A stretch of DNA of 64,000 bases. Source: the human T2T-CHM13v2.0 reference genome, Homo sapiens. The DNA is taken from assembly GCF_009914755.1 (NCBI RefSeq), contig NC_060928.1; one strand, 5' to 3'. The position numbers and the translations under genes are program-made. Under the pieces are notes generated by a model. The model ran no database searches. It was not told where the DNA came from and was given only the letters and a program-made list of their open reading frames with translations. This document shows, in pieces, positions 40,028 to 58,210 of the stretch. Position 1 is the first letter of the stretch, and every line of letters starts with the position of its first letter.

Positions 40028-40303
40028 AAGAATTGGAGCCATGAAGACCATTAACAACTTTCACAAGAGAAGTTGTAGGAATGTGGTAAGGGCAGAAATG
40101 CATGTATTGAGTTTAAGAATAAAAACGTGACAGAATGAAAAGTTTCTTTGGAAATGTTTGTTTTGAAGCAATTATAGAAAAATGGGATGTGGAACAACCG
40201 AAGTGTCAAGGTAGAGTCTATATACCAGCAAAAGCGTGCCTGTAAGCTAATAATAGTCTATTCTGGAGAATAAGAGGGATTGATAGTTTAAAAATGAAAA
40301 TGT

Positions 40304-40589
40304 GGCTGGGTGCGGTGGCTCATGGCAGTAATCCCAGCACTTTGGTAGCCCCAGGAGGGCGGATCAAGAGGTCAGAAGTTCAAGACCAGCCTGGCCAACA
40401 TGGTGAAGCCCTGTCTGTACTAAAAATACAAAAATTAGCTGGGCGTCGTGGTGTGCACCTGTAATCCCAACCACTCGGGAGGTTGAGGCTAGAGAATCTC
40501 TTGACCCTGGGAGGCAGAGGTTGCAGTAAGCCGAGAATGGCCACTGCACTCCAGCATGGGTGACAGAGCGAATCTCTGTCATGGAAAAA
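40304..40589 (+). mobile_element. AluS (Sx-like)
   Basis: Full Alu; TSD aaaa(a/g)tgaaaatgt at 40290-40303 and 40590-40603. Confidence 0.95.
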
Positions 40590-41869
40590 AAAAGTGAAAA
40601 TGTATAACAGAAGTGTTAAAATCTTTGCATCCATAGCACAAGATACTTACGTTTGATAAGCAGAGAGCCACGTAGTCTTTGCAATGCTATTGTAATTTAT
40701 TCAAATAATAAAAGAGGTATAGCTGTGTATTTGGTAGTGTAAAGTAACAGAAAAAAATGTTAAGGCTTATGAATTGCTTAGGAAATATAAGACAAGGTCA
40801 GAAGCTAAATGATGCATGAGAAGACTAATAAGTGAGAAATATAAAAAATAGTTATCATAGAGAGTAAGAGCAGATGCTGTAGAGAAAGAAAATAAGGTTA
40901 CTAAGCGGTACTGAGTGTCCATGGAAATTGGCGATCATGAGCATATGGTGAGACCATTTTGTGTAGGGTGTGATTTCCCCTGCAAAATTTTCTACATATC
41001 TGCATGTATGAAAAAGATTGGTAAGTTCCTCCAGGAAAGAAAAATTTCCATGTGATTGTGAAAAAGATAAGTTGCAATTTGTAAATTTTTGAAGGAAATT
41101 GAAGATCTCAGTGGTGTCAAGTGATTAATACAGTTAATGCTTGTATAAGAAATAGGTTATATTTGAAGATTTTTCAAGTAAAAATAGGTTTTGAAGGTAA
41201 TACAATTTTTGCTAATTATAAGGTTTATGATATAATATGAAAATATAATTGGATGAAAAGGAGATAAAGGTCATTAGAGATCTAGAAGTCAAGGAACTTA
41301 GAGGCAAGTGGGCAGGGTGAACTAATCATATGTAAGTTGAAGTTTACAAAGAATAGAAAGGTTAGTAATAATATAATGTTGAAAAAGATAAGAGAGTCTA
41401 TGGTTAACCCCCTACCCCCGAATGCAAAGATGATGGCAAAGCTGAATGTCATGGACTTAATGAAGGACTTTTACAAGCAGAGGAAACAAGTGGTTTGGAG
41501 GTAACCCTGAATTGCAGGAACACTAACCCTACTTTACAAGTTTGATGTACATGGCATGAGGGTAAATAATCAGGTTACACTTAAGAGAAGAAACTCCCTT
41601 ATCAATTAAGATGGGAGAAAAAATGCTATGAAAGAAGATGAAGATTGATAGAATGATCTGGTCAAAAACAGGAATTTCCTGGGGCATAGTGGAGCAAGTT
41701 TGGAAGGAAGGGAAGAGGAGTGAGAAGGGGATGATAAAAAATATGTAGAATGAGATAAAAGAAAATAATGCATACCTTAGGAGACTTAGACTTCTGGTAG
41801 AGTTGAGATAGGTGAGTATTATGAATATTTTTAATGGTTTCCATGAGAAATTATCAAGGTATAGTGAAT

Positions 41870-43020
<1,151 letters not shown>

Positions 43021-44678
43021 TAAGATGGAAGAAAACTAACAGCTGCAAACATGATAGCTGTTTCTTCCCTTTCTTCCATCATTCCTGCCGTTATTTTCCT
43101 CTTCCTCTTTATTCTTAGCTCACTTATTTTCCTCCTTCCAGTTTTAGCTTTTTTCCTCTCTAATTTTACACGTCTTTTTCTTTCCTTTTTTGAGGGGTTG
43201 TTTTTATTTGAGAAATAGTTTAGGAAATGCCTTCATTGTTAGATGCTTTATTTATCACTAAGATTTCAGATGTTTTCTTAAAAAACCACTTAAGGAATTA
43301 CTGGAATTCTGATAGTTACCCATTTAATATGGTTTATGTGTAAGATCTCTCTTTAAGCATTTTTCTCTAGTATGTGTTGGTTAAAAAAAAACATGAAGAA
43401 TCAGCTCTTTGCAATTATTTAGCAAGATTTAGGCAAAGCCTTTCAAAGTAATTATTACGGTCTTGATCAATGTGATTAATTTTCTATGTGACAGAAACTT
43501 GGAATTGAAGAGCAATCTTTAGAAAAATAAATTTGCAGTGACACAATTGTATAATTTGTAAATGATTAAAAATGGATAATAGTTTGCATTTATGAAGGAG
43601 AATTGTTCTGAGTGGTTTTAGAAGAGGAAAATAACATTCCACAATTTACCAAAAATATAAAATGTCTGATTGAGGAAATCATTTTGAATTGCTATTAAAA
43701 ATTTTCAAGGTGCCATTAAACTGAAATGTACTGTATTTGAAATTGTAGATAAACCCAGTCCTATACGTTTGCATCACTATTTATGACTCTTTTTTGTTGT
43801 TGTTGCTGTTTTCTTTTCTTGGAGGCTAATTTAACAGAGATTGAAGCTAATTTTGGAAGAAATATTCTGATTTTCTTATTATTCTTCAAATTATTATTAT
43901 TTAAACTCACTAGGGAGCATCTGACAAACCATTGTAAAATTTTGCTATTTGAGAGCTAAATACGTCTCACATATAAATGAAGCTATGTAATGGTAATATA
44001 ACTCTGGAAAGCTGATTATTAGAAATAATAAAGTCTCAGGGGAATTGAGAAGCCCTAAACTATGTTTTGAGAATTAGAATAGCTCAAGGCCATAATGTTG
44101 CCTGGCTACTGAAACAATAATACACTCATATCGAATCACTGCCACTTAGAGAAATATGAACTATCTTTAAGTTTCAGCTCAAATTTTATTTTAAAAAAGA
44201 ACATCACCATGTTTCTCTAACCATAGATGCCACTAATTTATACAATAAACAATTTACAATTAGATACTTAAAGTTGTTTTGTTATAAATTTAATTTTAAA
44301 AAATTATTCAGAATTTTAAATACTCATTTTCATAAATAACTTCATAATGCTTTATTGTATACATATTCATGCATATATAATATGCATTTAAATATTGTGC
44401 ATATAATTAATTTTAAAATATCTTAAATGTTTTTTTTTTCTGGTGTCATTTTTTTTAAATTTTTTTTATTTTTATTATACTTTAAGTTTTAGGGTACATG
44501 TGCACATTGTGCAGGTTAATTACATATGTATACTTGTGCCATGCTGGTGCGCTGCACCCACTAACTCGTCATCTAGCATTAGGTATATCTCCCGATGTTA
44601 TCCCTCCCCCCTCCCCCCACCCCACAACAGTCCCCAGAGTGTGATATTCCCCTTCCTGTGTCCATGTGATCTCATTGT

Positions 44679-48524
<3,846 letters not shown>

Positions 48525-48572
48525 TTATTTTGCTTGTTAGTTGATGCAGTTTCTTCCTAGTCTCGATGGTCT

Positions 48573-49587
48573 TTACATTTTGGCATGATTTTGCAGTGGC
48601 TGGTACTGGTTGTTCCTTTCCACGTTTAGTGCTTCCTTCAGGAGCTCTTGTAAGGCAGGCCTGGTGGTGACAAAATCTCTCAGCATTTGCTTGTCTGTAA
48701 AGTATTTTATTTCTCCTTCACTTATGAAGCTTAGTTTGGCTGGATATGAAATTCTGGGTTGAAAATTCTTTTATTTAAGAATGTTGAATATTGGCCCCCA
48801 CTCTCTTCTGGCTTGTAGGGTTTCTGCTGAGAGATCCTGTTAGTCTGATGGGCTTCCCTTTGAGGGTAACCCGACCTTTCTCTCTGGCTGCCCTTAACAT
48901 TTTTTCCTTCATTTCAACTTTGGTGAATCTGACAATTATGTGTCTTGGAGTTGATCTTCTCGAGGAGTATCTTTGTGGCGTTCTCTGTATTTCCTGAATC
49001 TGAACGTTGGCCTACCTTGCTAGATTGGGGAAGTTCTCCTGGATAATATCCTGCAGGGTGTTTTCCAACTTGGTTCCATTCTCCCCATCACTTTCAGGTA
49101 CACCAATCAGACGTAGATTTGGTCTTTTCACATAGTCCCATATTTCTTGGAGGCTTTGCTCATTTCTTTTTATTCTTTTTTCTCTAGACTTCCCTTCTCG
49201 CTTCATTTCATTCATTTCATCTTCCATCGCTGATACCCTTTCTTCCAGTTGATTGCATCAGCTCCTGAGGCTTCTGCATTCTTCATGTAGTTCTCGAGCC
49301 TTGGTTTTCAGCTCCATCAGCTCCTTTAAGCACTTCTCTGTATTGGTTATTCTAGTTATACATTCTTCTAAATTTTTTTCAAAGTTTTCAACTTCTTTGC
49401 CTTTGGTTTGAATGTCCTCCTGTAGCTCAGAGTAATTTGATCGTCTGAAGCCTTCTTCTCTCAGCTCGTCCAAGTCATTCTGCAACCAGCTTTGTTCCGT
49501 TGCTGGTGAGGAACTGCATTCGTTTGGAGGAGGAGAGGCGCTCTGCTTTTTAGAGTTTCCAGTTTTTCTGTTCTGTTTTTTCCCCAT
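48573..49587 (-). pseudogene. L1 ORF1p, disrupted
   Basis: MGKKQNRKTGNSK start; premature stops at 49258 and 49012; 2-nt deletion near 48838. Confidence 0.96.
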
Positions 49588-49899
49588 CTTTGTGGTTTTA
49601 TCTACTTTTGGTCTTTGATGATGGTGATGTACAGATGGGTTTTTGGTGTGGATGTCCTTTCTGTTTGTTAGTTTTCCTTCTAACAGAGAGGACCCTCAGC
49701 TGCAGGTCTGTTGGAGTACCCTGCTGTGTGAAGTGTCAGTGTGCCCCTGCTGGGGGTTGCCTCCCAGTTAGGCTGCTCGGGGGTCAGGGGTCAGGGACCC
49801 ACTTGAGGAGGCAGTCTGCCCGTTCTCAGATCTCCAGCTGCGTGCTGGGAGAACCACTGCTCTCTTCAAAGCTGTCAGACAGGGACATTTAAGTCTGCA

Positions 49900-50482
49900 G
49901 AGGTTACTGCTGTCTTTTTGTTTGTCTGTGCCCTGCCCCCAGAGGTGGAGCCTACAGAGGCAGGCAGGCCTCCTTGAGCTGTGGTGGGCTCCACCCAGTT
50001 CGAGCTTCCCGGCTGCTCTGTTTACCTAAGCAAGCCTGGGCAATGGCGGGCGCCCCTCCCCCAGCCTCGCTGCCGCCTTGCAGTTTGATCTCAGACTGCT
50101 GTGCTAGCAATCAGCGAGACTCCATGGGCGTAGGACCCTCGGAGCGAGGTGTGGGATATAATCTCGTGGTGCACTGTTTTTTAAGCCTGTCGGAAAAGCG
50201 CAGTATTCGGGTGGGAGTGACCAGATTTTCCAGGTGCCGTCCATCACCCCTTTCTTTGACTGAGAAAGGGAACTCCCTGACCCCCTGCGCTTCCCGAGTG
50301 AGGCAATGCCTCGCCCTGCTTCAGCTCACGCACGGTGCGCGCACCCACTGACCTGCGCCCACTGTCTGGCACTCCCTAGTGAGATGAAGCCGGTACCTCA
50401 GATGGAAATGCAGAAATCACCCGTCTTCTGCGTCGCTCACGCTGGGAGCTGTAGACCGGAGCTGTTCCTATTCGGCCATCTT
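49900..50482. promoter_or_regulatory. L1 5'UTR sense/antisense promoter region with YY1 core
   Basis: CpG-rich 5'UTR; YY1 core ggccatctt at 50474-50482. Confidence 0.75.
50043..50351 (+). CDS. L1 antisense ORF0, open for 102 aa
   Basis: MAGAPPPASLPPCSLISDCCASNQRDS matches primate ORF0; GT donors at 50149 and 50234; expression not shown. Confidence 0.6.
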   Translation: MAGAPPPASLPPCSLISDCCASNQRDSMGVGPSERGVGYNLVVHCFLSLSEKRSIRVGVTRFSRCRPSPLSLTEKGNSLTPCASRVRQCLALLQLTHGARTH

Positions 50483-50512
50483 CTCTGGTGTCCAAAATAT
50501 CTTAAATGTTTT

Positions 50513-50675
50513 GACCATCCATGCCCTCAAAGGTCATCATGTGAGCTGATATGTTATTTAACTTGATTGTGGTAATCAGTTCACAATGTATACATATACC
50601 CAAAACATAATGTTGTGTACAATAAATATATAGAATTTCTATTTTTCAGTTATACCTTTATATAGCTGGAAAAAT
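50513..50675 (+). mobile_element. L1MA9/L1MB-like 3' end (target of the L1PA3 insertion)
   Basis: cttgattgtggtaatcagttcacaatgtatacatat...tatacct...gctggaaaaa; the TSD sequence tcttaaatgtt belongs to this element. Confidence 0.8.
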
Positions 50676-50959
50676 ATTATGAATAAATATTTAATGAAAG
50701 TTTGGTTGAAGTCCATATTTACACTTCTCATGTATGCTACCACATAAAAATATGTGTGTGCTGAAAAAGTACTAAGTTTGTAAATAGAAGAACTTTTAAA
50801 GGGTCACTTCCTATCCTATCCTAGCTTTTAAAATTTGGGTAGATCACTTTATCCTTGGAGGTTCCATTTTTTATCTGTAAAATAGAATCAGAGATTCTCT
50901 TTTATATATTTAAAATGGCTGTTATAAGGCTGAAATTTGGTCTTTGAAATAATGATGAA

Positions 50960-53540
50960 AAAATACATAAAATTTATAAATGCATTAGAAGGGGAAAGAA
51001 CACTTCTAAAGTCAAATATGAGGTCTGGACTATCCTAAGGCCAGGCACTGACTGTACAAGAAACACATGCTAAAGACTATGTTTTATGAGTATAGACATA
51101 AATATCTTCAACATAATATTAGCAAAGAAAATGAGCATATAGATTTATTCAGTCTATTTATTCTCTACCTATAAACAAATGCATATAAATTGAAAAGAAA
51201 GAAGTAAAATTACTTCTATTTACAGATTGATTGACTCCAGAGTTTGGAAAGTTTCAAAAAATCTACAAACATTCCAAGAACTAGTAGGTTCAGAACAGTT
51301 TCACGATATAAGATGAACGTACAAAAGTTAATTGCATGTCCATGTAATAGCAACGAACAATTGGAATTTAAAAAAAATCCACTTTAAAACCAAAAATATA
51401 CATATAATATGTATGCTAAAAACTACAAAATTTGCATAAAGTAAATCAAAGGATACATAAAGGGAGCAATATGCAGTGTTCATGGAGCAGAAGACACAAT
51501 ACTTCTAAAATATTATTTTTTTTCAATCAATCTATAGTTTAATTCTAATCTCAATAAAAATTCTAGTAAGCTCTTTTGTGGATGGTGACATCCACAAGCA
51601 GATACTGAAATTTATATTAGAGAGCAAATCAACAGGAATAGCCAAAACGATTTTGAAAAGAACAAGTTGGAGAATTCACACTTGAGGATTTCAAGACATT
51701 CTAAAGGTACAGTGATGAAAACACTGAGTTTGCAGAACAGTAGAGTAAATGTGTGTTTATTGATGAAACGAATGTATATTCATGAATGTATATTGGTAAA
51801 AAGATACACACATAGATCAGTGAAACAGAACGGAGTGCAGAGTAGACCCACACAAATGTAGTCAACTGATTTTCTTTTCACAAAGTTGAAAGGCATTTTA
51901 ATGGACAAAGGATCGTTCCTTTCAACAAATGAGTGTGCAATAATTGGAAACAAACCTCAACAAATACCTCACAACTTAAACAAAAATTAACTCAAAATGG
52001 ATCTTAGACTTGTGTGGAAAACCTAAAACTATACAACTTCTAGAAGAAATTGTAGATAGAGTCTTGTGACTTTGGGTTAGACAAACAGTTTTTAGCTATG
52101 ATAGCAATGCACAATCCATATAAGAAAAAATAGAAAAATTGAAATTTATAAAAATAAAAATATTTTGATATTTGAATAATAATGCTTAGATCAGATTTCT
52201 CAAAAAGACTTGTATCCACAATCTATGAAGAAGTCTCAAGGCATAATGTTTAGGAAACAAATATTTTATTAAATACATGAGAAAGAGATTTAAGCAGACA
52301 CTTCATCAAAGTAGATATTTAGATGACAAATCAGCATATGAAAAGATGGCTCGATATCATTAGCCATCAAGAATATGCAAAATAAAGCCAAAATGAGAAA
52401 CCACTTGATATGGTTTGGACCTGTGTCCCCACCCAAATCTCATGTTCAATTGTCATTCCTAATGCTGAAGGTGGGGCCTGGTGCGGGATGATTGGATCAT
52501 GGGGGCAGTTTCTCATGAATGGTTTAGCACCATCTCCTTGATGCTGTTCTTGGGATTGTGAGTAAGTTCTTGTGAGACATGGTTGTTTAAAAGCATATGA
52601 TACCTTTCCTCACCCACCTTCCTCCTGCTCCAGCCATGTGAAGTGCTGGCTCCTGCTTCACATTCTGCCATGATTGTAAGTTTCCTGAGGCCTCCCTAGA
52701 AGCTGAGTAGATGCCAGCATCATGCTTTCTGTACAGCCTGCAGAATTGTAGGCCAATTAAACCTATTTTCTTTATAAATTACCCAGTCTTAGCTACTTCT
52801 TTATAGCAATGTGAGAACAGACTAAGACACCACCACATGGCTATTAGAATGGCTAAAATTTAAACTGAATAAATGACCAAGAACAAACTGACAAATAAAC
52901 ACCTGACAATTACAAGTGCTGACATGGATGTGAATTAACTGGAATTCTCATACCTTGCTGGTGAAAAACTAAAATGGTACAGCCACTTTGGAAAACAGTT
53001 TTGCAATGTTTTATAAAGTTAACCATACATTTATCATATAGTTCTTCAAACCCCCTCCTAAATATTTCAAGAGAAATAAAAACTCATTTTTACACAAAAA
53101 TCTGCTCAGAATGTTTATAGTAGCTCTATCCCCCTCAAACACAAAATAACTCTGTGTATATTTAACTGATAAATATGCAAACAAACTGTGAAGCATTTAT
53201 ATAATAGTAATACTTGCACATAAAATAAAAACTATTAAACATGCAAAAACATGAGTATACTTCGAGTGTAATTTGCTAAGTAAAATAATCCAGATTCAAA
53301 GGCTACATTGAATACTTTCATTTATATGACATTGTGCCAAAGACAAAACTATAGAAATAAAAGGCATTGTTAGTTGCCAGCTGCAGTTGAATTGAGTAGA
53401 AGGGGATACTAGGGAAATTTGGGGGGATTAAAATGTTTTACATTTTGATTATTGTGGTAGTTACTAGACAGTGTATGTCAAAAATTCAGAAATAGAGTGT
53501 ACTATATATTAGATCTTAATAAACCTGAGTAAAAAAGTGT
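50960..53540 (+). mobile_element. Old L1M (MC/MD-like) ORF2 and 3'UTR relic, split by MSTA
   Basis: A-rich ORF2-like motifs (caaaaattaactcaaaatggatc, aatggtacagccactttggaaaacag); ends aataaacctgagtaaaaaa. Confidence 0.8.
52406..52829 (+). mobile_element. MSTA solo LTR
   Basis: tgatatggtttgg...tgtacagcctgcagaa...cagactaagaca; TSD ccact/ccacc. Confidence 0.92.
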
Positions 53541-53915
53541 AAAAAGCACTACTTAAAACATTTACTTGAATAAGATTTAATATAATTTCTGTTAGGAAAC
53601 TATTTCTTAAAAAGAAGAAAAGAAGTCATAAAAGAGTGACAAATTTCTTATTATTAAATTTTAAAATATTATTCATCAATGGATACCATAAAAATGAAAA
53701 AAACAGACTCGAAATTGGAGGAAGTTATTTAAAACAATCTATGCAAAGATTAATACACAGTGTATATAGTTTACAAAAGATAACGAAAAAATCAAATAAA
53801 ACATGAACAAGGCATACAAATAGGCATTTTTTTAAAAGAGGAAAATGGAAAAGCCAATAATCACATGAATGGACACTTAATATGAGAAAAGTTAAAACCA
53901 CAATTGATAATATTT

Positions 53916-54245
53916 TATGGGCCAAATGGCCAGGGACTGTGGGTGGCCTCTATGATCTGAGAGCTTTCTTCATCAAGAAGCTGAAATCTTCAATCCGCAA
54001 CCACAAAACCGTGGAATCTGCCAATAACCTTGAGAATCTTGGAAGCAGATCTTTCCCCATTTAAACCTCTTATGACTGCAATTCTCACTGACACATGGAT
54101 TGCAATTCAGTGAGACTTTGAGGCAGAGAAATCAGCTAAATTGTGTGCCAGGGCTTCTTACCGATAGAGACGGTGAGATCATAAATGTGGGTTGGTGAGA
54201 TCATAAATGTGTGTTCATTTAAGACAGAAATAGAAAACTAATATA
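53916..54245 (+). mobile_element. MLT1E-like LTR 3' part
   Basis: tctgccaataacc...ggaagcagatctttcccca...gtgagatcataaatgtg...aatagaaaactaata. Confidence 0.7.
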
Positions 54246-54389
54246 ATCTTTATTCTCAGTTTATTCAAATCTAAAATGGAGACAATAATAGTATTTATCT
54301 CACAGGGTTATTTAATCAATTCGTTTGCTACTGGACTCATATTGAATTTGATAAATAACAGGTATAGATCCACTTAGAGACTTTAGGTA

Positions 54390-54467
54390 TTAGGTTGTTG
54401 CAAAAGTAATTGCGGGTTTCGCGATTACCTTTAACGATGAAACCACAATTACTTTTGCACCAACCTG
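54390..54467. mobile_element. MADE1 MITE (Hsmar1-derived)
   Basis: About 80-bp palindrome ttaggttgttgcaaaagtaattg...caattacttttgcaccaacct flanked by TA at 54388-54389 and 54468-54469. Confidence 0.95.
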
Positions 54468-54542
54468 TAGGCACTTTTTGAAAATGGGTTCCTCTAAATC
54501 TAAGGAATCTGTGACTCCACTTTTTAGGACACGAGATAATGT

Positions 54543-54567
54543 TATATATATATATATATATATATAT
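54543..54567. repeat. (TA)n microsatellite
   Basis: About 12 TA units. Confidence 0.95.
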
Positions 54568-57500
54568 GTTAATGGCCCAGGACCTGTGTAATTTTATAAG
54601 AATGGGTTAACTCTACTACATGCAACTTAGAATTACAGTGGCCACAATGGGGAAGTTTTAAGTCAAGAGGCACACTAGAAAAAAACAATTCAAAACCTAA
54701 AAAAAATAAAATGGAATATATTTCTGATGGGCATTCAGAAGTTTCTAAAAGACTAAATGAATAAAAAACAAAAACTGCCTCTCTTAAAAAGAGAAATGAG
54801 AAATCTTAAAAGTCTTTTCATAAATATTAGTAAAAATCTTTGGCCATCTAGCTGAGTAACCTTGTTCCATCAGCCAGAAAAAACCATCTGGATATAATTT
54901 TTAAAAAATAAATTAGTGAGCTTCATATTACTGTACTTGGCACATAGCTACAATTTAAAAACGAAAACTATAAGATCTCCTTCTCCTCCTCCACAAGAAA
55001 AAAGTTATAAAATAAAAACAGAATGGATGTAAAAAAGTGTAGAAGTTTTGTAGGAAATGAGCCTTGTGATAGGAAACTTGTGTGTGACTAAGCTAAGACT
55101 TGAACATACACTGTTTTTAAACTGAGCGTTAATATCAAAAGAACACTGATGCAAAACTAGAATCTGGTTCTCTCTGTTAAAACAAAGTTTGCTTGGCATA
55201 TTGATCTGCAATGTAGGTTTCTGTATTTGCCTTTGAAGCCTTTGAAATATCACTCTGGTCAAATAAATATTGCTTCACAGCGACTTGTGATTCTACTTAA
55301 ACATGTGTTTTAAACTTTTTGACATTCTTGACAACTTTCAAATATAAAATTCTAAATTAAGTCCTTTTGAACTTGAACTAACCTTGGGAATTTCTAGTGA
55401 GGTCCTGGTAGTATCTCAACAGAATTTGTTCTCTCTCCTTATAAAAAGTGAAATGTTAAACTAATTAGATTTATTTGATATGTTTAATTGCATGGAAAGT
55501 ACCATCAAATAAAAAGTGATGTTGAATCTTCTTTAAATCATATTGTATAAGTATGTAATTAATATGTTTTAGAAATTTTATAAAATTCCTAGAAATCTGA
55601 TAATCCTGGCAAAATGCTTTCAGTCTTAATTCTAGTTGTCTTAAAATATTGTTATGTTGCAGAAGTAATAAAATTTCCTTATTAATAGCATTAAAATAAC
55701 CTCTCATCAGATCTTTGACCATAGCTACTTTAAGGCTTGTCATCCACAGACAGTTAATTGTTTTACTCTGACACTTTCCTGAAAGCTATTGAAAGTAACT
55801 ATAAACCAAAAGTGTTTTCTCTTTGAAGTGAATTCTTAGAATGAATTCTGAGAAGTAGAAGTTTCCGATAACTTCAAGATATACCATTGGTTTGAGTAAG
55901 AATTCCCAAAACTAATGGAGAAACTGATTGGTTCATAAAACTGAAAACACAACATCAAATAGAACAAGGACTAATTAAATACCAAGGAAATAAATTTTCA
56001 TTATAAGTCATCTAGAACTGAAACTGTTAAGATATGCAATTTGTATGAACTCCATAAAATTGACCCAAGTCCAGTGACCTATGATAGCCTATTTAATACA
56101 GTGCTATTTCCCTGATTCAAAAAAAATTGCTATCTGAAAGGATGTAAATTTAATGTTAAGTACTGATTTATAGAGGGCCTGGAAATCCACTTAGTCCTTG
56201 CTGAATCCTAAGCTTCTATTATTAAAAACTGTTCTCCATGACTCATCGAGCAGATAATATAATACAAAGTATGAAAAAAAATTGTTGTGTTCACGGTTTT
56301 AAATTTATGAAAATGGTTTAAAACCAACGTTTGGTTTGTCAAGCCAGAATCCTAGGAAGGCAATAAAAACTTCAGATGGTACACAGGTGGTAAGTTTTTG
56401 CCACCTGTTGGAAATTTGAACACTTACAGATGGGTTTCTTTCAATTACTAACCATAATGTAATATCATAGTGTTCTTGTAATAGTCTGAATGTTCTCTGA
56501 ATGGATAGAAACTTTTCCATGTAGGATGGCTGATGCTAGAAAAGTAGTTAAAGGTGATTTTAAAATGTGTTTCTACACACATTTTTAACACATCATGTGA
56601 TTTCACGTGATGAGTTATAAAACAGTTATAAGATATTAAAAACACAATGGTATTACCATCCTTCTATCATGTTCAATCTTCTAGGAGTATTAAAAGGACA
56701 AATGATGTTTTAAAACTGAAATTATCAGTTAACTGAATTGACTGGATTGCCTTGGCCACAGGTATTACCATTGGCCATGATAACCATCAGATCCACCCTA
56801 CTGGAAAACACAATTTTACCCCTCAACCCTTTATAAAATAGCTATTGAGATATCTATATCTTTAATAATATAATATAATGTATTGCTCATTCTCATAAAC
56901 TTGAATATGCCTACACACTGCGGGGCTTTAATGCATGATGCCTATGTATATTTTCACCAGGTAAATGAAGCCTTCCATGATGCACCAGCAGATGACAACC
57001 TAGAACCTAGTCATTCACAATCTAGAACTTAAAAATCGGGTCTTTTGTAAATGACACCAGAGAAAGATGTCCCTTGAATGCTATTGTAAGGGACCATATC
57101 AAGTTCTTCTCACCACTCACACTGCAGCAAAATTTCAAGGCCTTGAACCTTAGGTTCACATCTCTCAACTCAAGGGGGGCCTTTCACACACTTGGGACTG
57201 TATACCCATTGGACCAGGGAGGTCTCTTCCCAAAAGCAAATGACATTCTAGATGTGGACAGCTTTCTCAAGATCATGAATCATGGCTTCTCTCTGCTGTC
57301 ATCATGGAAACTTTGTTATTTTTTCTCATTGCCCCATGCCATCTTTTTGTTTATGTGTGGCAATATAGTTCCATGGTTAATATATCACAATCAATATATT
57401 CTGGAGGAACTTAACTAAATTCTGGATGTGTCATGCCAAACTTAAATCCCTACATAATACTAAAGATCCTCTGGTTCATCCTGTAACAAATTTCACTGAT

Positions 57501-58210
57501 ATTTCAAGTGTGACTATCTTTTAAATCTGCACATCTTGTCTTTTTTTATTAATATAAAGCTGGGCTTTTAGATCCACATATTCAAATCCCTTGCTTAAAT
57601 GTAAGAGTAGTCAAAAAAAGCTATAGTGAGGGTTTTTCAGTTGAATATGCTGAAAACTGAATAAGAAAATGAAAGGGAAAGATAATTTGACAGTTGGTAG
57701 AGAAATTCATCATCTTTATTCTCTCATTGTTGGTTGCCTTTGATTTTGCAATAATTCATTTACTTATCCTTGGATAAAAGTACCAGTTTATCCTTGGATA
57801 AAAAGTACCAGTTTTTTCCTACTAATGACCCCTAACATACAAGGTGTCCCACAGTTGTTCTTTGTGCCCCTCCGAGAACTATTTTTGCCTATGGAGGATT
57901 TAACAATAAGCCATATAAAAGGGCAACTTCACTCAATAAGTAGGAAATAAATGTCTCAAAAAGGCAGAAATAAGAGATTATTGTAAAATAGGAATTCTAA
58001 CAATACTACAATTACTCCATAATCGAAAACTGAACATTGGTCTATACATCTTAATTTGCACTATAGAATACGGAAGAATGTGTTAATTTCTCTCAATTAC
58101 ATCTTTTGGTATATGCTTCCTGTCTCATATATATATATATAAAATTATGATTAGAAATCTACTTCAAACATTAGGTAGTAGAGCTGACTCTACTCATAAA
58201 GACTATAGTT

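Larger units (their letters stand above)
36690..41800 (-). mobile_element. Long L2 relic with nested MER52, L1PB and Alu insertions
   Basis: caggacttcatggtggattggatatg, cttgaccaactgag, ttggatatgttaagtttg are L2 motifs that resume after each insert's TSD; the purine-rich 40.7-41.8 kb part is assigned less securely. Confidence 0.55.

Noticed and set aside
52691-52703. CCTCCCT PRDM9 hotspot core in MSTA
   Set aside because: Does not match the CCNCCNTNNCCNC 13-mer; the THE1 LTRs here also lack the motif
57074-57418. 114-aa ORF in the ERV
   Set aside because: Non-ATG start, spans the decayed pol/env junction, no intact domain
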